Assembly (NCBI RefSeq): GCF_006345805.1
Contig: NC_043009.1
Location: forward strand, 21,266,001-21,330,000
Reading direction: 5' to 3'
DNA from: Octopus sinensis
Lineage: Eukaryota
Length of the DNA stretch: 64,000 nt
Part shown: positions 62,687 to 64,000 of the stretch, piece by piece
How the letters are laid out: the number at the start of each line of letters is the position of its first letter
How positions within the stretch are numbered: the stretch's first letter is position 1
Translations under genes and position numbers: made by a program
Notes under the pieces: model-generated
Told to the model about the DNA's origin: nothing
The model's input: only the letters and a program-made list of their open reading frames with translations
Database searches by the model: none

Positions 62687-63900
62687 TATGGTTTACTTAT
62701 TTGAATGTGTATTTTCTTAAGAAGAAATTTTGTCTATGTTGTGTGTGATGATATTTACGAGTGAATGACTTCACAAGTAGAAAAATAAGGGGAGGTAATT
62801 GGTTATCGTTATTATTGTTATTGGTGTGGGCAAGGGAGATAACTGTTCAGCTTTCGGTAAGGGAAGGGGATTAAATATGTGTACAGACAAAAAAAATTTC
62901 GAAAAACTTGTTTAGTGAGGAGATTTATGTACAGTGATGTAATCATGAATTAAAAAGATAAAAGTTGGTTATGCGTGCATATTAAGACGTGTTCTGTATT
63001 TTTCAATGAAAAAAGTTTCTTTATTTAAACGTTCTTGTGGAAAGATTGTGTCTTTGCACTGGTAGAAGACTGTGAAATTTGGTTGATGTTATCCGCACAT
63101 TTTTCTATATGTTCACTGAGAGAAATTTGCCTGTATTGTGGGAAACGGATTTGCTCTTCTCAATGTCCAATATAGTTGTGTCCGCAACCCGAGTAAGTTA
63201 TTGCATAAATTTGGTTCTCAGATGCACAAGTGAAACTAGTTTTAATTGTGAACCTCTGTCCTTGTTTGAAAAGGAAATCCAAGCCTTCAAGTAAGTTGGG
63301 GCAGGTTCCACAGTTTGGACGTCCACATTTTTTAACCGTTGGTTTCGTGGTTGTTTTGTAAAGCTTCGCATTTGTTAGTAGTCTCTTTAGCGATTTGTGT
63401 TGCTTTTTGCATTTGATGAGTTTGTGCGTTTTCAGGATATCGTTCTTTTCTGGATCTCTAGAGACCGATAGAGACCGATAAAGGAAGATTTTGCACAATA
63501 TTGTTGAATGCCTCACCGTTTCTGGGGTTGTGTGTTGATATAAATATTAGTGTTTTGAGATGAGGTGTGGTGTTATGTTTTGTTGTTCTCAGTGATTTTA
63601 TGTCTAATTTTTTGACACGTTTAATTTCCTCGTCTATATGTGAGGGTGTCTTTCAGTATGCGTTGTTTTGAGGTCTTGAAAACGAAGGTCCCGAGTTTTT
63701 CTGTCAGACACTATTGTGCAAATCCTTTTTGCCAAATTGAAAGGAATATTTATTTTGATGTGTTTCAGGTGGCATGAGATAAAGAGTTATTATTTGATTG
63801 TTGACTTTTTTTATCATGATGTCTAAAAATGGAAGCTGTTCTTTGTTATAGTGCTTATTTACACTGTCATTATGTGTGAGATGTTTCCGTTACGGTCGTT
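62652..63900 (-). mobile_element. PLE 3' part (family of the 680-4135 element)
   Basis: KSLKRLLTNAKL, VKKCGRPNCGTC, FTIKTSFTCASENQIY..YIGH; LPFLD near 63820. Confidence 0.88.
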
Positions 63901-64000
63901 TAGGCTCAAATACCTGGATATCGGCTCAACATGCCTTTTCGTTCCAGTAGGTCACATGACCTTGTGATTAGACGAACTTGTTTGTATTGGTCGGTTTCCA

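Overview
AT-rich animal nuclear DNA made almost entirely of transposable elements separated by (TA)n/(TATG)n microsatellites. The SINE families and microsatellite load suggest a cephalopod such as Octopus (inference, not checked). I recognise no intact host protein-coding gene; the only host-like signal is a CpG-rich promoter-like patch at about 30.9-31.2 kb. Contents: Penelope-like elements (PLEs) of two types and their pseudo-LTRs (pLTRs), which carry about 17 hammerhead ribozyme (HHR) motifs; a very young, compact 4091-bp Ty3/gypsy element (274-bp LTRs differing at 2 sites, 5-bp TSD) and an old relative; several CR1/L2-type LINE copies; RTE and R2/HERO-like fragments; a mariner; two non-autonomous Helitrons; hAT-like MITEs; a solo LTR; and tRNA-derived SINEs. 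Main leads: (1) both gypsy families have a 12-nt primer-binding site complementary to the 5' end of tRNA-Phe rather than a tRNA 3' CCA end; (2) three HHRs carry compensatory U3-A8 or A3-U8 core pairs; (3) the young gypsy sits in the loop of an HHR whose empty paralogue is in the same window; (4) a 401-bp near-perfect palindrome carries two divergent HHRs. All folding and alignments were done by eye, and element boundaries next to microsatellites are approximate.
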